From a virus (taxonomy: Duplodnaviria; Caudoviricetes), in the IMG/VR virus record IMGVR_UViG_3300032030_000062, positions 1-64,000 of that record: a stretch of DNA of 64,000 nt. The stretch is one strand, 5' to 3'. The notes beneath the pieces were generated by a model that was not told the origin of the DNA, did not search any database, and saw only the letters and a list, made by a program, of their open reading frames with translations. Below, one piece after another: positions 19,201 to 29,620 of the stretch. Positions within the stretch are counted from its first letter, which is position 1; each line of letters begins with the position of its first letter. A program made the position numbers and the translations under genes.

Positions 19201-22200
19201 AGTGTAAAAGGTATATCTGAAACATTAGATACTATTGCATCAGATTTTAATGATGTGTGGAATGACGGTGGTAACGGTGAAGAATTAGTTGGCAGGGTAT
19301 TACAAGTATTTGAAGATATTGAAGATACTATAGGAAGAGTATCGGAAGCATTCAAAACAGCGTGGAATGATAACGGTAACGGTAAAAAACTAATAGAAGA
19401 TATATTAGACGTATTTAAAGAAACATTAACAATTATAGGCAAGATAACAACAGATTACGGTAAAACATTTGAAGATAGTGGTAAAGGCGTAGAAGCAATA
19501 CGATCTATACTTGGTGCATTCGATGAAGTAGCAAAAGCTATAGAAGCGATCGAATTAGCCTTTGATGAAGCTTGGAATGATAATGAAACTGGTAAAAAAT
19601 ATATTGATTCCATTCATGACGCGGTAATAAAAGTTAATAAGGCGTTAGGACTTACAGTTGATGCATTTACAAAGGCATGGGAAGAAGGCGGTGCTGGTAA
19701 AGAATTATTTAAAACTCTGATGGAATCATTAGCAGAGTTTAATGGTGCTTTAGGTAATATATCATCTTCCTTCGGTTCCGCTTTTTCAAGTACGGCAGGT
19801 ACAGACGCTTTTTCCGCTATAATTGAAGATGCAAACGAGTTAATTAAACTATTAGGTGATATATCTGGTGATTTCTCAGAAGCGTTTGCCGATGGAAGCG
19901 GTAAGCAAATGGTACAGGATATTGTCGGATTATTACGAACAGCATTTACAGGATTAGGTTATATCGAAACTGCGTTTAGAAAAGCTTGGAATGATGATAA
20001 GGCCGGTAAAAAATATATTGATTCCATCAATACAACACTAAGTTCCTTTACTACATTATTTGATGAGATTGGACAATCAGCAATAAGAGCGTGGAATAAG
20101 AATAATATTGGTAAAAGAATTATTCGTGCAATACTTGACTATGTAACCAATATAAATCGAATATTCGGTAACTTAGCTACCTCAATCAAAAATGCTTGGA
20201 CTGAAGGTGGTAAAGGGGAAAGTATATTTGAAACTTTAGATAAACTTATTGCCACCGTAGCTGAAAACAGTGCGTCCATAGCCGAAAGTTTTGCAGATTG
20301 GGCAAGTGAGTTAGATTTTAATCCTCTTATAGAATCCTTTGAGGAATTACTCAAAAAAATTCAACCTATTGCTGATTTAGTTATGGGCAGTTTAAAAGAG
20401 GGATATACAAAAGTATTACAACCACTTGCAAAGTGGACCATAGAAGAAGGACTTCCTGCAACATTAGATGCCTTAGGTGAAGCATTAAAAGTTATAGGAT
20501 CAGCATTAGAAGCCGCTAAACCTGCATTTGAATATATATGGGAAAATATTATAAAACCTTGGGCAGAGAGTATAGGAGTTATAGTTATTGCGGCTATAAA
20601 ATTATTAACAGATGCACTTTCTGGTTTAAGTAATTGGATTAGTAATAATTCAGGACTTGTTTCTAACTTTGTAAAAATCTTTGGCAGTTTTATTACGATG
20701 TGGTTTGTTGGCGAAAAGATTATAACTATAATATCAGGAGTCGCAGGAGCGTTAGGTGCTATTATAGCTTCATTCAATCCGATGATATTAGCTATCGCTG
20801 CAATAGCCGCTGGGGCTGCCATTATAGTTACACACTGGGATGAAATTACAACTGCCGTTAATAATGCATTAGCCGCCATCCGAGAATTTTTAACCGGTGA
20901 ACTTGATTTTACCGTACCGATTGAAAAATTAAGTAAAGATTCCAGAACCGTAGCCAACAATTTAAGAGAGGCACTAGATGCATACATAAGTGAAACAAAT
21001 AATGCATCAACAGCTATTGATGAATTATATGATAAATTAGTAAATTACATGCGGACGGGCGGCGATGTTTCACAAATGTTCGATGAATTTCATCAGGCTT
21101 TAAGTGATGCAAATGTTTCCACAGAAGATTTTCAAAAAGCATTATCAGATACAATAGGTACAAACTCAGATGTACAAGCCGCATTATATGGAATAAGAGA
21201 TGCAACACAGGAAATGTCAGATAAAGTGACCACAGCAAATGATAAACTGGGTGAATCTGGTGGTAAAGCAAGTGAAGCAGAAACCTATTTCAATAATTTA
21301 GCTGAACAATTCCAGTCAGCTGCTGGTTCTTATGATCAGTCAGCGAGTAATTTTGATGCGGCAACACAAAAAATCAGTGAAGGCACAAAATCGGCAACTT
21401 CTGAAGCACAACAAGATTGGGAAACATTTATAGCAGAAACAACCAAAGAAATAGATAATTTACAAAAAGAAATAGACGGTAATAACGGTATTTCAAAGAC
21501 AACAGAAAACTTTGCTGATACCACAAAAGATACAAGTGATGAAACTATAAAAGCATGGGAAGCTATTAACAAAGATGTAAGTTCTGAAATTAAAGAAATG
21601 TCAAAAACTGTAACAGATAAATCCGATACTGTGAAAAAGAATGTAATGAAGGATAATAGTGATGTACAAAAAGATGCAGACAAACAATGGAAACTTGTAA
21701 AGACAGGAACGATTAAATATTTTGACGAACTTGTTAGTAGTATAAAATCAAAATCAACCGAATTGTCAAATGAAGTTCAATCTACATTCCAAGAACTTGC
21801 AGATAGCTTACCGGCTAAATTTGAAGGTATAGGAGATGAAATTGCCAACAAATTTGACGGTGTGAGCGATTTAATAATGGACAAGTTTAGCAATTTACCT
21901 GCGTTAATGTATATACAAGGACAGGAAATGGCACGTTCATTAGCTGAAGGTTTTAAGAGCATTTATATTCCCACTCCTCATATGAGAATTAGTGCTTGGG
22001 ATCAGCACGATAACGGAAATGGTGGAATAATTTCTACTCCTCAATTTACTATTGACTGGTATGCACGAGGTGGATTTCCGAAAAAGGGACAGTTATTTGT
22101 CGGTAATGAAAACGGCATAGAAGCCATGGGTAAAATGGGCAATAAGAATGTTGTTGCAAATAACCGACAGATTATAGAAGGTATCAAAAACGGTGTACTT

Positions 22201-22581
22201 GATGCGATGCAAACTGTTTTAAGATCATTAAATAGTATGGGAACAAAGTTTAATTTCTCCGCTGAATCTTTATCAAAGTTTACGGAATTAAACAGCAATC
22301 TTAATAGATTAGCCCAGTATGCAGTTCCGCTTGTTGCACAAGGAAGATTATTACCGTCAACAGCTACAATGACAAATAACATGACAAACAGTTTAAGCCA
22401 GATACTTGACGAACTACAGTACCAATCAAACGATTCAATAACGATAGATGAATTAAGACCGGTATTGATTGACATATGCAGAAACTATATATCCAGTACA
22501 ATGTACATTGGTGATGAACAGATTGCAAGAAGCGCAAATAGAGGTAACTTACAGTTAAATAGAATTTTAGGGCAGGCATAA
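16204..22581 (+). CDS. tape measure protein (2125 aa)
   Basis: Length, helical repeats with periodic AW(N/E)xxxxG, hydrophobic segment near aa 1490-1540, IDWYARGG C-terminus. Confidence 0.93.
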   Translation: MAAYDDDIQLTVGLEPGNVVETAEKLNDEVEKIFESSSGKDLSAKFKSLLASMDAINTKSQNIQAHLKDLANQPIYTNDYNKLSEDVTKLEHQLSKLYDRRKTQDEGKIGHILNDPELSAKYADTTRQIEEVTTELNKLLATQEQMENDGTAFVPAEDREGYQDYIDKLSELNNQMIVYKDRVDALNDGESSTFLDRLYEAVKNTTPLIDELGNTIARSFGSIMEQGASVMGSTFVKEMQLGFNAVTTGAQKVASLAGSAFEGLRTVISRVSSGIITLGKSAFSGMANGARKAVEAINNLRTSLLKLAGNAVKSGLDRIKSSLNGIGKSAGKSNNGLNVGFKTFLRYGLGIRSTYALVNKLRRALGEGFENLAKSNSEFNAAMSQIKTSVEWIKNSFAAAVAPLIEAVAPVIASLAEKLVNLIRLAGQFIAAITGKQVIQADEVYQDYAESLDKGSKSTKKLNKESKELEKTLAGFDDVELLKVNKDKEKEEDEEQEKAPSYSFVPGSIDAGMSDLAEKIKKYFKDIWDVIKQAWAQEGAKLIESIKRALGAVKDLLGAIAKTFHDVFVDGYGFDWLVSLFQLLQTIFDIITAIATEFKRAWEENDRGYNFIASIFTLLTQINNLLKDIGQSFIDAWNSGSGYALIAAILELFTEINNMLTAIAVALRIAWNENNIGYTLIKSILDLFTIIADTLADIADAFGRAFVSDAGITMISNILELFNTMVNVLYVITAAFQGAWNDNDAGFKYITELFLALGEIASLLDSIGQSFINAWNDDDRGKKLLSNLIGLFTVLNILIATASRTFKRAWEDNGRGEELIGNILEVFNEIILAIKNITNNFATAFNEETGYNLVASLLDMFNKISGTIKTIAIRFRLAWNEDDAGLDLITSILNKFTEINTTIGNIANAFKRVWEDNGTIDEVFANIFDALTEWEKAQTNVISSLGKSFEKGGTGEQAISTITSLISDIIKNIGDIEKAFNNAWDKDGQGQRTVNGLLASVKGISETLDTIASDFNDVWNDGGNGEELVGRVLQVFEDIEDTIGRVSEAFKTAWNDNGNGKKLIEDILDVFKETLTIIGKITTDYGKTFEDSGKGVEAIRSILGAFDEVAKAIEAIELAFDEAWNDNETGKKYIDSIHDAVIKVNKALGLTVDAFTKAWEEGGAGKELFKTLMESLAEFNGALGNISSSFGSAFSSTAGTDAFSAIIEDANELIKLLGDISGDFSEAFADGSGKQMVQDIVGLLRTAFTGLGYIETAFRKAWNDDKAGKKYIDSINTTLSSFTTLFDEIGQSAIRAWNKNNIGKRIIRAILDYVTNINRIFGNLATSIKNAWTEGGKGESIFETLDKLIATVAENSASIAESFADWASELDFNPLIESFEELLKKIQPIADLVMGSLKEGYTKVLQPLAKWTIEEGLPATLDALGEALKVIGSALEAAKPAFEYIWENIIKPWAESIGVIVIAAIKLLTDALSGLSNWISNNSGLVSNFVKIFGSFITMWFVGEKIITIISGVAGALGAIIASFNPMILAIAAIAAGAAIIVTHWDEITTAVNNALAAIREFLTGELDFTVPIEKLSKDSRTVANNLREALDAYISETNNASTAIDELYDKLVNYMRTGGDVSQMFDEFHQALSDANVSTEDFQKALSDTIGTNSDVQAALYGIRDATQEMSDKVTTANDKLGESGGKASEAETYFNNLAEQFQSAAGSYDQSASNFDAATQKISEGTKSATSEAQQDWETFIAETTKEIDNLQKEIDGNNGISKTTENFADTTKDTSDETIKAWEAINKDVSSEIKEMSKTVTDKSDTVKKNVMKDNSDVQKDADKQWKLVKTGTIKYFDELVSSIKSKSTELSNEVQSTFQELADSLPAKFEGIGDEIANKFDGVSDLIMDKFSNLPALMYIQGQEMARSLAEGFKSIYIPTPHMRISAWDQHDNGNGGIISTPQFTIDWYARGGFPKKGQLFVGNENGIEAMGKMGNKNVVANNRQIIEGIKNGVLDAMQTVLRSLNSMGTKFNFSAESLSKFTELNSNLNRLAQYAVPLVAQGRLLPSTATMTNNMTNSLSQILDELQYQSNDSITIDELRPVLIDICRNYISSTMYIGDEQIARSANRGNLQLNRILGQA

Positions 22582-22583
22582 AA

Positions 22584-22958
22584 ATGTATAATTACGGTCC
22601 AATAAGGATTGACGGGGTGTTAGTTCCCACCCCGTCAACCTATAATTTTGATATTGAGGATTTATCCACAGAAGGTGTAACTGGTAGAACACTTGACGGT
22701 ATCATGCATAAAGATGTGGTTGACGTTAAAGATTATTATACAGTAACGTGGAAACATCTTTCATGGGAACAGATGTCATTGATACTGACCTTAGTAAATG
22801 GAAAAGAACAAATGGAGGTAACTATTATTGATCCGATGAGGCCTAATACTTATGTAACGAAATCATTCTATGTGGGAAAAAGAAGTGGCAAATTACAGAA
22901 TCTTAATAATCCAGTAAGTATGTGGGCTGATTTATCATTACAGTTTATAAGGATTTGA
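22584..22958 (+). CDS. distal tail protein
   Basis: Follows TMP; GRTLDGIMH motif. Confidence 0.65.
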   Translation: MYNYGPIRIDGVLVPTPSTYNFDIEDLSTEGVTGRTLDGIMHKDVVDVKDYYTVTWKHLSWEQMSLILTLVNGKEQMEVTIIDPMRPNTYVTKSFYVGKRSGKLQNLNNPVSMWADLSLQFIRI

Positions 22959-22962
22959 TGCA

Positions 22963-25809
22963 ATGAAAAATTTATCGACTGATTTTAAACGTGCTTTAGC
23001 ACGAAATCATAGAAATTATCTCGCCTATGCGGACATAACATGGCCTCAGAATCAACAAGGTCAGCGTCAGACATTAGCATTAAATAATACTAATTTATGG
23101 GCAGGTGGGTTCTCATATGAGGAACTTGTATCAGAAGATGAAGAATTTACAGCATTAGGTTCTGTATATATGGGAACTGCCAAACTCATAATAAATAACA
23201 TAGATGAAAGTTATACGCCATATGTATTTGAAGATGCTGAAAGCATGGTACTTCAAATAGGAATGGAATTTCCTGATACTTCACAGCAATCAGGAAAAAG
23301 AATAGAGAAACATAAAATAGGAACATATCATGCGGCAGAAGTTAAATATGATGGAACAATAGTATCATTATCTTTGCAGGATAATATTGCAAAATTTGAT
23401 AAACCATATTCTGCAAGTAAATTAACTTATCCTGCTACTTTAATTGATATTGTAAATAATTGTTGTACCATTTGTAATGTTCAATTGGCGAACAATTCAT
23501 TACAATTTCCTCATTATAATTATGTGATTAAATCAAGACCAGATGATGATGCCATAACATGTAGGGATGTAATTAGTTGGGTAGCTACTATAGCAGGATG
23601 TTTTGTAAAGTGTAATCCAGACGGTCAGATAGAATTTAAGTGGTTTAATCAGCAAGCTATTGAACAGGAAATGACAATACTCGATGGCGGTACCGTAACT
23701 CCGTGGAGTACAGGTCAAAATGTAAACGGCGGTACAGTAACTCCTTGGAGTACTGGTGAAGTTATAAACGGTGGTACAGGAGAAGGTACATATAATTTTC
23801 ATACAATAACCAGTTTATATTCTCAAACTATTGCCCTCGATGATATAGTAATAACAGGACTAACAGTACAAATAGATAAAGATGTTAAATCATCTGAGGA
23901 AACTGAAGATTCTACTATATATTCTGTAGGAACTACTGGTTATATAATTTCGATCACGAATAATAAATTTTTTAATGCGGAAAATGCACAAGAAATATTA
24001 ACATGGCTTGGAAATCAGTTAATAGGATTTCGATTCAGAAAATTAAATATAACTATTCCTAATACTCCCGCCATTGAATCTGGTGATGTTATGCTTGTAT
24101 ATGACAGAAAAGGAAGAGGATATGCAAGCTTAGTAACAAGAACAAGTTTTTCAGTGGGAGGTACACAAGAGATAGTATCCGGTGGAAGCACACCAACGAG
24201 AAATAAAGCCACACAGTATTCCGCATATGCACGTAGTATAGTAGAAGCCAGAAGATTAGCACAGGCAAATAGAACAGCTTTTGATTCAGCTTTGGAAGAT
24301 TTGGGTCGGGCATTAGACGCAAAAACTGGATTATATCCCACTGAAAAAACGACAGAATCAGGCAGTATTTACTATCTACATGATAGACCTAAACTTGAAG
24401 ATTCTTCAACGGTAATACAAGTAACAAGTGAAGCTATAGGTATTACAACTAATTATAATAGAGGTGTTGATACTGAGTGGAATTGGGGCGTTACAGTAGA
24501 CGGTACAACTATAACAAAAATATTAGTTGCAATCGGAGTAAACGCTAATTGGATAAGATCGGGTAATATAAAGATTGTAAATACAGTAAGTGGACAAGAT
24601 GAAAAAGAAATTTTTTATGCAAGTATAGATTCCAAACTTGTTAGAATAGCAAAAGATGTAATAGTTGCTTCAAGTGATGGTATTGTCGTTATTCAAGCAA
24701 AAGATACAAATGGTAATGAAACATTTTATCTTAATTCTGGCACAGGTGTTGTTAGAATCAATGCGACAAGTTTTTCCTTAAGCGGTCGATCTGTAAATCA
24801 AATTGCATCTAATGCAGGTGCAACAGCAGGTGCGGATGCGGCGAATACAGCATTGGCTAATTATGATCCTGCCGATGAATTAACACAAGCTGAAATATTT
24901 AATCTATTAACTGGAGGAACGAAAACTACTCCGGGTTCTACACAAGGTATATGGTTAAACAATGGAAAAGTATATCTTAATTTTTCTTATGCGCGAGGTG
25001 GAGCATTAACACTTGGTGGAGCAAATAATGGAAATGGTACTTTTAATGTACTTAATGCGGACAACAATCAAATAATCGCAATCGATAATAACGGAACAAT
25101 TTTCAGAAGTACAACCGCTGACGAATACATTAAAATCAATGAAAACATAATTCAAGGATATGCAGGTACACCGGCACGTTTACATAGTTGGATTGATTTA
25201 TGTGCTGATTATGCTGGTACTGGTAGTTCAACCGTAAAATGGATGGTTTTTGAAACCTCGTCATACTCCAAAGGTATAAAGTTGATAGCGGGTGGAAACG
25301 GTTCTATTGAATTAGACGCTGGTTCAAGATCAGTTAAGTTTTTATCAAAAATTGATGCTGGACAAATAAATTCATCAACCTATATAGAAGCCGCAGATCA
25401 TTTTTATACACCTGGATATGTGGAAGCAAAAGATCATATCAATACTTCAGGCAATGTAGAATGCTATAGTTTAACTGTAAACGGAACACCTCCGTGGACA
25501 ACTTCATCCGATAGACGATTAAAGAAAAATATTGAAGATGCCGAAGAACAAACAGAAAATATCAAAAAGCTGAAAGTTCATCAATTCGATTGGAAAGATG
25601 ATAGTGGTCATGTTCCTGTCGGACTTGTCGCCCAGGAATTACAAGAAGTTTATCCAGAACTTGTTAAAGAATCAGATAACGGATTGAGAATTGATTATAT
25701 CAATATGGTTCCTTATCTAGTTAAAACAATTCAGGAACAGAATGATAGAATCAATTTATTGGAGCAGAAATTAAATATGCTTGAAAAGAAATTGGAGAAA
25801 CTTATATGA
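22963..25809 (+). CDS. tail tip/hub-spike protein with C-terminal intramolecular chaperone (Peptidase_S74-like)
   Basis: TSSDRRLKKNI...GLVAQELQEVYPELV...IDYINMVPYLVKTIQE followed by a coiled coil. Confidence 0.85.
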   Translation: MKNLSTDFKRALARNHRNYLAYADITWPQNQQGQRQTLALNNTNLWAGGFSYEELVSEDEEFTALGSVYMGTAKLIINNIDESYTPYVFEDAESMVLQIGMEFPDTSQQSGKRIEKHKIGTYHAAEVKYDGTIVSLSLQDNIAKFDKPYSASKLTYPATLIDIVNNCCTICNVQLANNSLQFPHYNYVIKSRPDDDAITCRDVISWVATIAGCFVKCNPDGQIEFKWFNQQAIEQEMTILDGGTVTPWSTGQNVNGGTVTPWSTGEVINGGTGEGTYNFHTITSLYSQTIALDDIVITGLTVQIDKDVKSSEETEDSTIYSVGTTGYIISITNNKFFNAENAQEILTWLGNQLIGFRFRKLNITIPNTPAIESGDVMLVYDRKGRGYASLVTRTSFSVGGTQEIVSGGSTPTRNKATQYSAYARSIVEARRLAQANRTAFDSALEDLGRALDAKTGLYPTEKTTESGSIYYLHDRPKLEDSSTVIQVTSEAIGITTNYNRGVDTEWNWGVTVDGTTITKILVAIGVNANWIRSGNIKIVNTVSGQDEKEIFYASIDSKLVRIAKDVIVASSDGIVVIQAKDTNGNETFYLNSGTGVVRINATSFSLSGRSVNQIASNAGATAGADAANTALANYDPADELTQAEIFNLLTGGTKTTPGSTQGIWLNNGKVYLNFSYARGGALTLGGANNGNGTFNVLNADNNQIIAIDNNGTIFRSTTADEYIKINENIIQGYAGTPARLHSWIDLCADYAGTGSSTVKWMVFETSSYSKGIKLIAGGNGSIELDAGSRSVKFLSKIDAGQINSSTYIEAADHFYTPGYVEAKDHINTSGNVECYSLTVNGTPPWTTSSDRRLKKNIEDAEEQTENIKKLKVHQFDWKDDSGHVPVGLVAQELQEVYPELVKESDNGLRIDYINMVPYLVKTIQEQNDRINLLEQKLNMLEKKLEKLI

Positions 25810-26282
25810 TAAGGTTAGAATTTGAGGTAAGCAATCAATTTATAAATAGGACAGATCAACAAAAGCCAGTTTCTGATAGTAAGAACTATTTATATTCCCA
25901 TTTCACTTTTTTAACAGAAGAGTGGCAGAATAAAACGGTCACTGCATTATTTACAAAAGGCGACAAATCGTTTATAATATTAGTAGATACAAATGGTGAT
26001 TGTCCTGTACCTTGGGAACTTATTCAGAATGGGGGCGATGTATATGTCTCAGTTTATAGCGGAGACTTATCTACCACGAATAACTCAAGAGTAACTATTT
26101 ATGAAAGTGGTTATATAGAAAATGCAGAAAATTCTCAACCACCTACTCCTAATATTTATGCCCAAATATTAGATGATGTAGATGGATTAAGAGGCGAGGT
26201 TGCAGAATTAAAAGATTTAATTGATGGCGGCGATGTATTGATAATAGACGGTGGCAATACAAGCGACTGGATAAAGGAGTGA
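25806..26282 (+). CDS. baseplate protein (BppU N-terminal-like)
   Basis: Position; CPVPWE and C-terminal PPTPNIYAQIL motifs. Confidence 0.55.
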   Translation: MIRLEFEVSNQFINRTDQQKPVSDSKNYLYSHFTFLTEEWQNKTVTALFTKGDKSFIILVDTNGDCPVPWELIQNGGDVYVSVYSGDLSTTNNSRVTIYESGYIENAENSQPPTPNIYAQILDDVDGLRGEVAELKDLIDGGDVLIIDGGNTSDWIKE

Positions 26283-26286
26283 TAAA

Positions 26287-27486
26287 TTGGATGCCATAAT
26301 TCAAAACAGGCGAGGTGACTATTCGGAAGTTATTCCCGAAAACTTACGACCTGGTGAATATGTTGTTGTACAACAGAATGATCCTAATTCAGATAGTGGT
26401 CAATCTGTTTATGTAGGAATTAAACAGGGTGTTGTAAAAAGACTTGCTTTTTCTAATGAAGTGGGTGATTATCAGATTCAAGCACAAGAAGCGGCAGAAC
26501 AAGCTAAGTCCGCTCAATCAGCAACAGCAACAATGGTTGGGCAAGTAAATACAAAGTATAATGAAATAAATACATTAGCTGGACAGGTAGCTACAAACGC
26601 ACAAACAGCACAAACAGCGGCACAAACAGCAACAACTAAAGCAAATGAAGCATCCCAATCAAAAACAGATGCCCAAACAGCTTCACAAACATCTGTTAAG
26701 GTATTAGGAAGTATGGCTCCTGCTTATGATGCAACAAAGACATATGCAGTAGGAGATTTAGTTATATATGATAATGCATTAAAACAATGTAACACAGCTA
26801 TAACTACTCCTGAAGCATGGAATGATGCTCATTGGATAAATGCTACTGTAGAAAACGAATTAACTAATTTAAAGGAAGATTTAAGTAATACAGACGCTTT
26901 GCAAAAATTGCTTTGTGATGATGTTCCGAATACCATTCAGACATACACGTTTACGGATGGAGCCGTATCGCAGGTAACTCACAGTGCAGACAATGTAGCG
27001 GTCAGAACGGATGTTTTTACTTATTCATCGTCATCAATAACAGAAACACGGACGCTAAACAGTGGCGAATCTCTCGCAATTGTGACAAACCTTACAACAC
27101 TGGAAACTACAGTGACTTACAACGAAGCCGAACCTTATGAAGTAGTGTATAGCGTTACGGATGCTGTTCAAGGTGCTTGGGTATATAGTAATGGCTCTTA
27201 TTCAAATAATGGTAGAACAGATAGGGCTGGTTCAAAGATGCTCGGATATACGCCGCAAATCGGTGACATTATCAGGGTTGAGGACTCACAAAGACGATAT
27301 AAATTTACCACTGGAACTGGCATAGATAACTACAGGATTACCAGCACAGATGATTTAGTTGTTGACCAGACAGCAATGGCTACATTGAAAACGATTTTGT
27401 TTGTAAAAGCCGATAACTCTGACTTTACAAGCAATGACCTTGCTTTTTTGAATCAAAATACTCATGTTTATAGACAATCGGTATAA
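26287..27486 (+). CDS. tail fibre/receptor-binding protein
   Basis: Ala/Gln-rich coiled coil; YDATKTYAVGDLVIY...WNDAHW carbohydrate-binding-like module; distinct C-terminal half after ELTNLKEDL. Confidence 0.65.
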   Translation: MDAIIQNRRGDYSEVIPENLRPGEYVVVQQNDPNSDSGQSVYVGIKQGVVKRLAFSNEVGDYQIQAQEAAEQAKSAQSATATMVGQVNTKYNEINTLAGQVATNAQTAQTAAQTATTKANEASQSKTDAQTASQTSVKVLGSMAPAYDATKTYAVGDLVIYDNALKQCNTAITTPEAWNDAHWINATVENELTNLKEDLSNTDALQKLLCDDVPNTIQTYTFTDGAVSQVTHSADNVAVRTDVFTYSSSSITETRTLNSGESLAIVTNLTTLETTVTYNEAEPYEVVYSVTDAVQGAWVYSNGSYSNNGRTDRAGSKMLGYTPQIGDIIRVEDSQRRYKFTTGTGIDNYRITSTDDLVVDQTAMATLKTILFVKADNSDFTSNDLAFLNQNTHVYRQSV

Positions 27487-27504
27487 CAGAAAGAAGGTGT
27501 AAGA

Positions 27505-28410
27505 ATGGCAGTTAGTATTTGGGAAGGAAGTAAGGCGCAGGAACTTATAGATGCAGTAAAAAAAATCTCATCCAGTAGTGGCTTGTCTAATGAGGTTAAA
27601 ATAGCATTATTGACTTGTTTTAGACACGTGGCATGGGACGATGATCAATATCAAGTGTATTATGATGCGTTAGAAAATGCATTAAACCGTACAGACCCAG
27701 ACCCAGGTTACCCTAAAATTATCGCAAGTTTTAATCAAGATTATCGAACAATTTATACTGACGATCCTATCAATTCATTAAAAAATAACATTATTGTTAA
27801 AAAATACGAGAATATAGATGACACAGATGGAACAATTATATCAGATTATACAATACTTGGTACATTAAAGGAAGGAAATAGTATAGTTAATATTTCGTCA
27901 GAAGGGCTTAATGCAAGTCTTACCATTCCGTGTGTTTTACCTAAATATACATATACTTTTACAGCTAACGATCTAATCCTTTATAAGGGTGGTGTCCAAA
28001 GTTGGGACCCGGATGGAAAAGTATATGTACCGTTTTTGGAGGCTAATAATACACGAAGAGGGTTCATTACTCCAAATGGGACTTATCCTTTAAGAATCAA
28101 ACCGGGAAATACAATAGTGGAAGGGCATTATCCAATTCATATACCATCTGACGCAACGTCTGTTACTATTTCTGTGTCGCCTAATACAATGCAAGTTGCT
28201 TGTAACGGTTGGGAAATGGATTTTTCAGAAAAACGTTATAGATATATTAGTGATAGTGATTCTGGTTTTTCAACCGGAGGAGTATCGAAAGCTATACCTT
28301 TATCAAATAAATATTCTGGCGTACGAGCGTTGGGCATTATTCTTAAATTTAATAGTTCCGGCTCTACATTCACAACGGAGCCGACTCAATGCACTGTTAC
28401 ATTTTCATGA
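27505..28410 (+). CDS. virion accessory protein with Ig-like domain
   Basis: ALLTCFRHVAW...YYDALENAL followed by beta-rich IIASFNQ...YTILGTLKEGNSIVNIS. Confidence 0.55.
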   Translation: MAVSIWEGSKAQELIDAVKKISSSSGLSNEVKIALLTCFRHVAWDDDQYQVYYDALENALNRTDPDPGYPKIIASFNQDYRTIYTDDPINSLKNNIIVKKYENIDDTDGTIISDYTILGTLKEGNSIVNISSEGLNASLTIPCVLPKYTYTFTANDLILYKGGVQSWDPDGKVYVPFLEANNTRRGFITPNGTYPLRIKPGNTIVEGHYPIHIPSDATSVTISVSPNTMQVACNGWEMDFSEKRYRYISDSDSGFSTGGVSKAIPLSNKYSGVRALGIILKFNSSGSTFTTEPTQCTVTFS

Positions 28411-28436
28411 ATATTATTTATGGATGGTGATATAAA

Positions 28437-29252
28437 ATGGCAATATATAGTCTTAGTAAGGGCAGACTTTACGATGAATCAGAAAGTGATAGTTTTTTTA
28501 AAAATGTGCTAATTACTCGTGGGCGAGTACATAATGCAAATTATTATATTTTACATATAAATAAACAACGAAATGATGGTAAATTTCAATATCCATTCGT
28601 ATATTGTCCTAATGGAAGCAGTGCAAGAAATCAGTCAGCCTTGTCAATGAACATACAAAAAGGATATTATATTGCAATAAATGCCGGTATATTTGACGTT
28701 GATGGTCAATATGACAAAACTGATGGGCAAAGAAGAAACGCTCCTCTTGGAATAACCATACAAAATTCTACAGTTATTACAGGAAGTGACGGATACTATC
28801 ATGATGCACTAACCATAAATCAAAACGGAGATCTGAGTCACACACCTCGTGGTATAGACACAGATGCACAAAGTTTAATAACGAATGGCATTGTATCGGC
28901 TGTGACTGGGTTTGGAGCATTTATTGAAAATTATGAGGTCAATGATTCAGCACAAGGAATTATTGGTAGTTATGATGCGCAAAGACAGATAATAGGACAA
29001 TATGGAAATGGAGATTACGCCATTATAACCATAGAAGGCCGTTCGTTTGATAATTCAACGGGTTTATCAGTTGCCAACATAACTGACTTTTGTGTGAATT
29101 TGGGATTAAAGTTCGCGTATTTACTTGACGGTGGCGGAAGTACCGAAACGGTTATAGGCAGAAAACAATTAAATACCATATACGAAGGTACGCAAGGTAG
29201 GTTAGTGCCTACATTTATAGTATTTAATGGCATGAATGTTTTTACCGCATAA
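28437..29252 (+). CDS. phosphodiester glycosidase (NAGPA-family) protein
   Basis: AINAGIF, RQIIG...IITIEGR, AYLLDGGGST motifs. Confidence 0.85.
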   Translation: MAIYSLSKGRLYDESESDSFFKNVLITRGRVHNANYYILHINKQRNDGKFQYPFVYCPNGSSARNQSALSMNIQKGYYIAINAGIFDVDGQYDKTDGQRRNAPLGITIQNSTVITGSDGYYHDALTINQNGDLSHTPRGIDTDAQSLITNGIVSAVTGFGAFIENYEVNDSAQGIIGSYDAQRQIIGQYGNGDYAIITIEGRSFDNSTGLSVANITDFCVNLGLKFAYLLDGGGSTETVIGRKQLNTIYEGTQGRLVPTFIVFNGMNVFTA

Positions 29253-29326
29253 TTGAGGATATTGAATTAACTTAAAGCAGGCTTTTAAACACATAAAAAA
29301 TACTGTTTTGGCAAAGGATAATAACA

Positions 29327-29584
29327 ATGCTGTTTAATGATATTAACATTGGTGACGTATTTGTAAAAATACATGGATCAAAAGCGCACTACCTTTGCGT
29401 TGGTAAAAGTATAAATATAGAAGAAGGTCAAGTGATAAATATTGTACATTTATTAAATATCAAGTATCCGCAGTTACCGAAAGCTATACGTTTTGAAGAT
29501 TTTAAAGAATTTACTAAAGCTGGTCATGAGGATTTAAGCGGAATCAAACAGATTTTAGATGTAATTAAAGAGAAGTATGTTTAA
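29327..29584 (+). CDS. hypothetical protein (cassette 1)
   Basis: AAGGA RBS; the stop abuts a repeat. Confidence 0.65.
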   Translation: MLFNDINIGDVFVKIHGSKAHYLCVGKSINIEEGQVINIVHLLNIKYPQLPKAIRFEDFKEFTKAGHEDLSGIKQILDVIKEKYV

Positions 29585-29620
29585 TAACTAACTTAAAGCA
29601 GGCAGTATGGAGATTATTAC

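Noticed and set aside
23680-23775. DGGTVTPWSTG tandem peptide repeat in the tail tip protein
   Set aside because: Real (two full 16-aa units plus a partial one), but short DGG-type repeats are common in tail proteins and suggest no separate system.
27505-28410. Diversity-generating retroelement target
   Set aside because: The Ig-like architecture resembles DGR target genes, but no reverse transcriptase or template/variable repeat pair was seen in the window.
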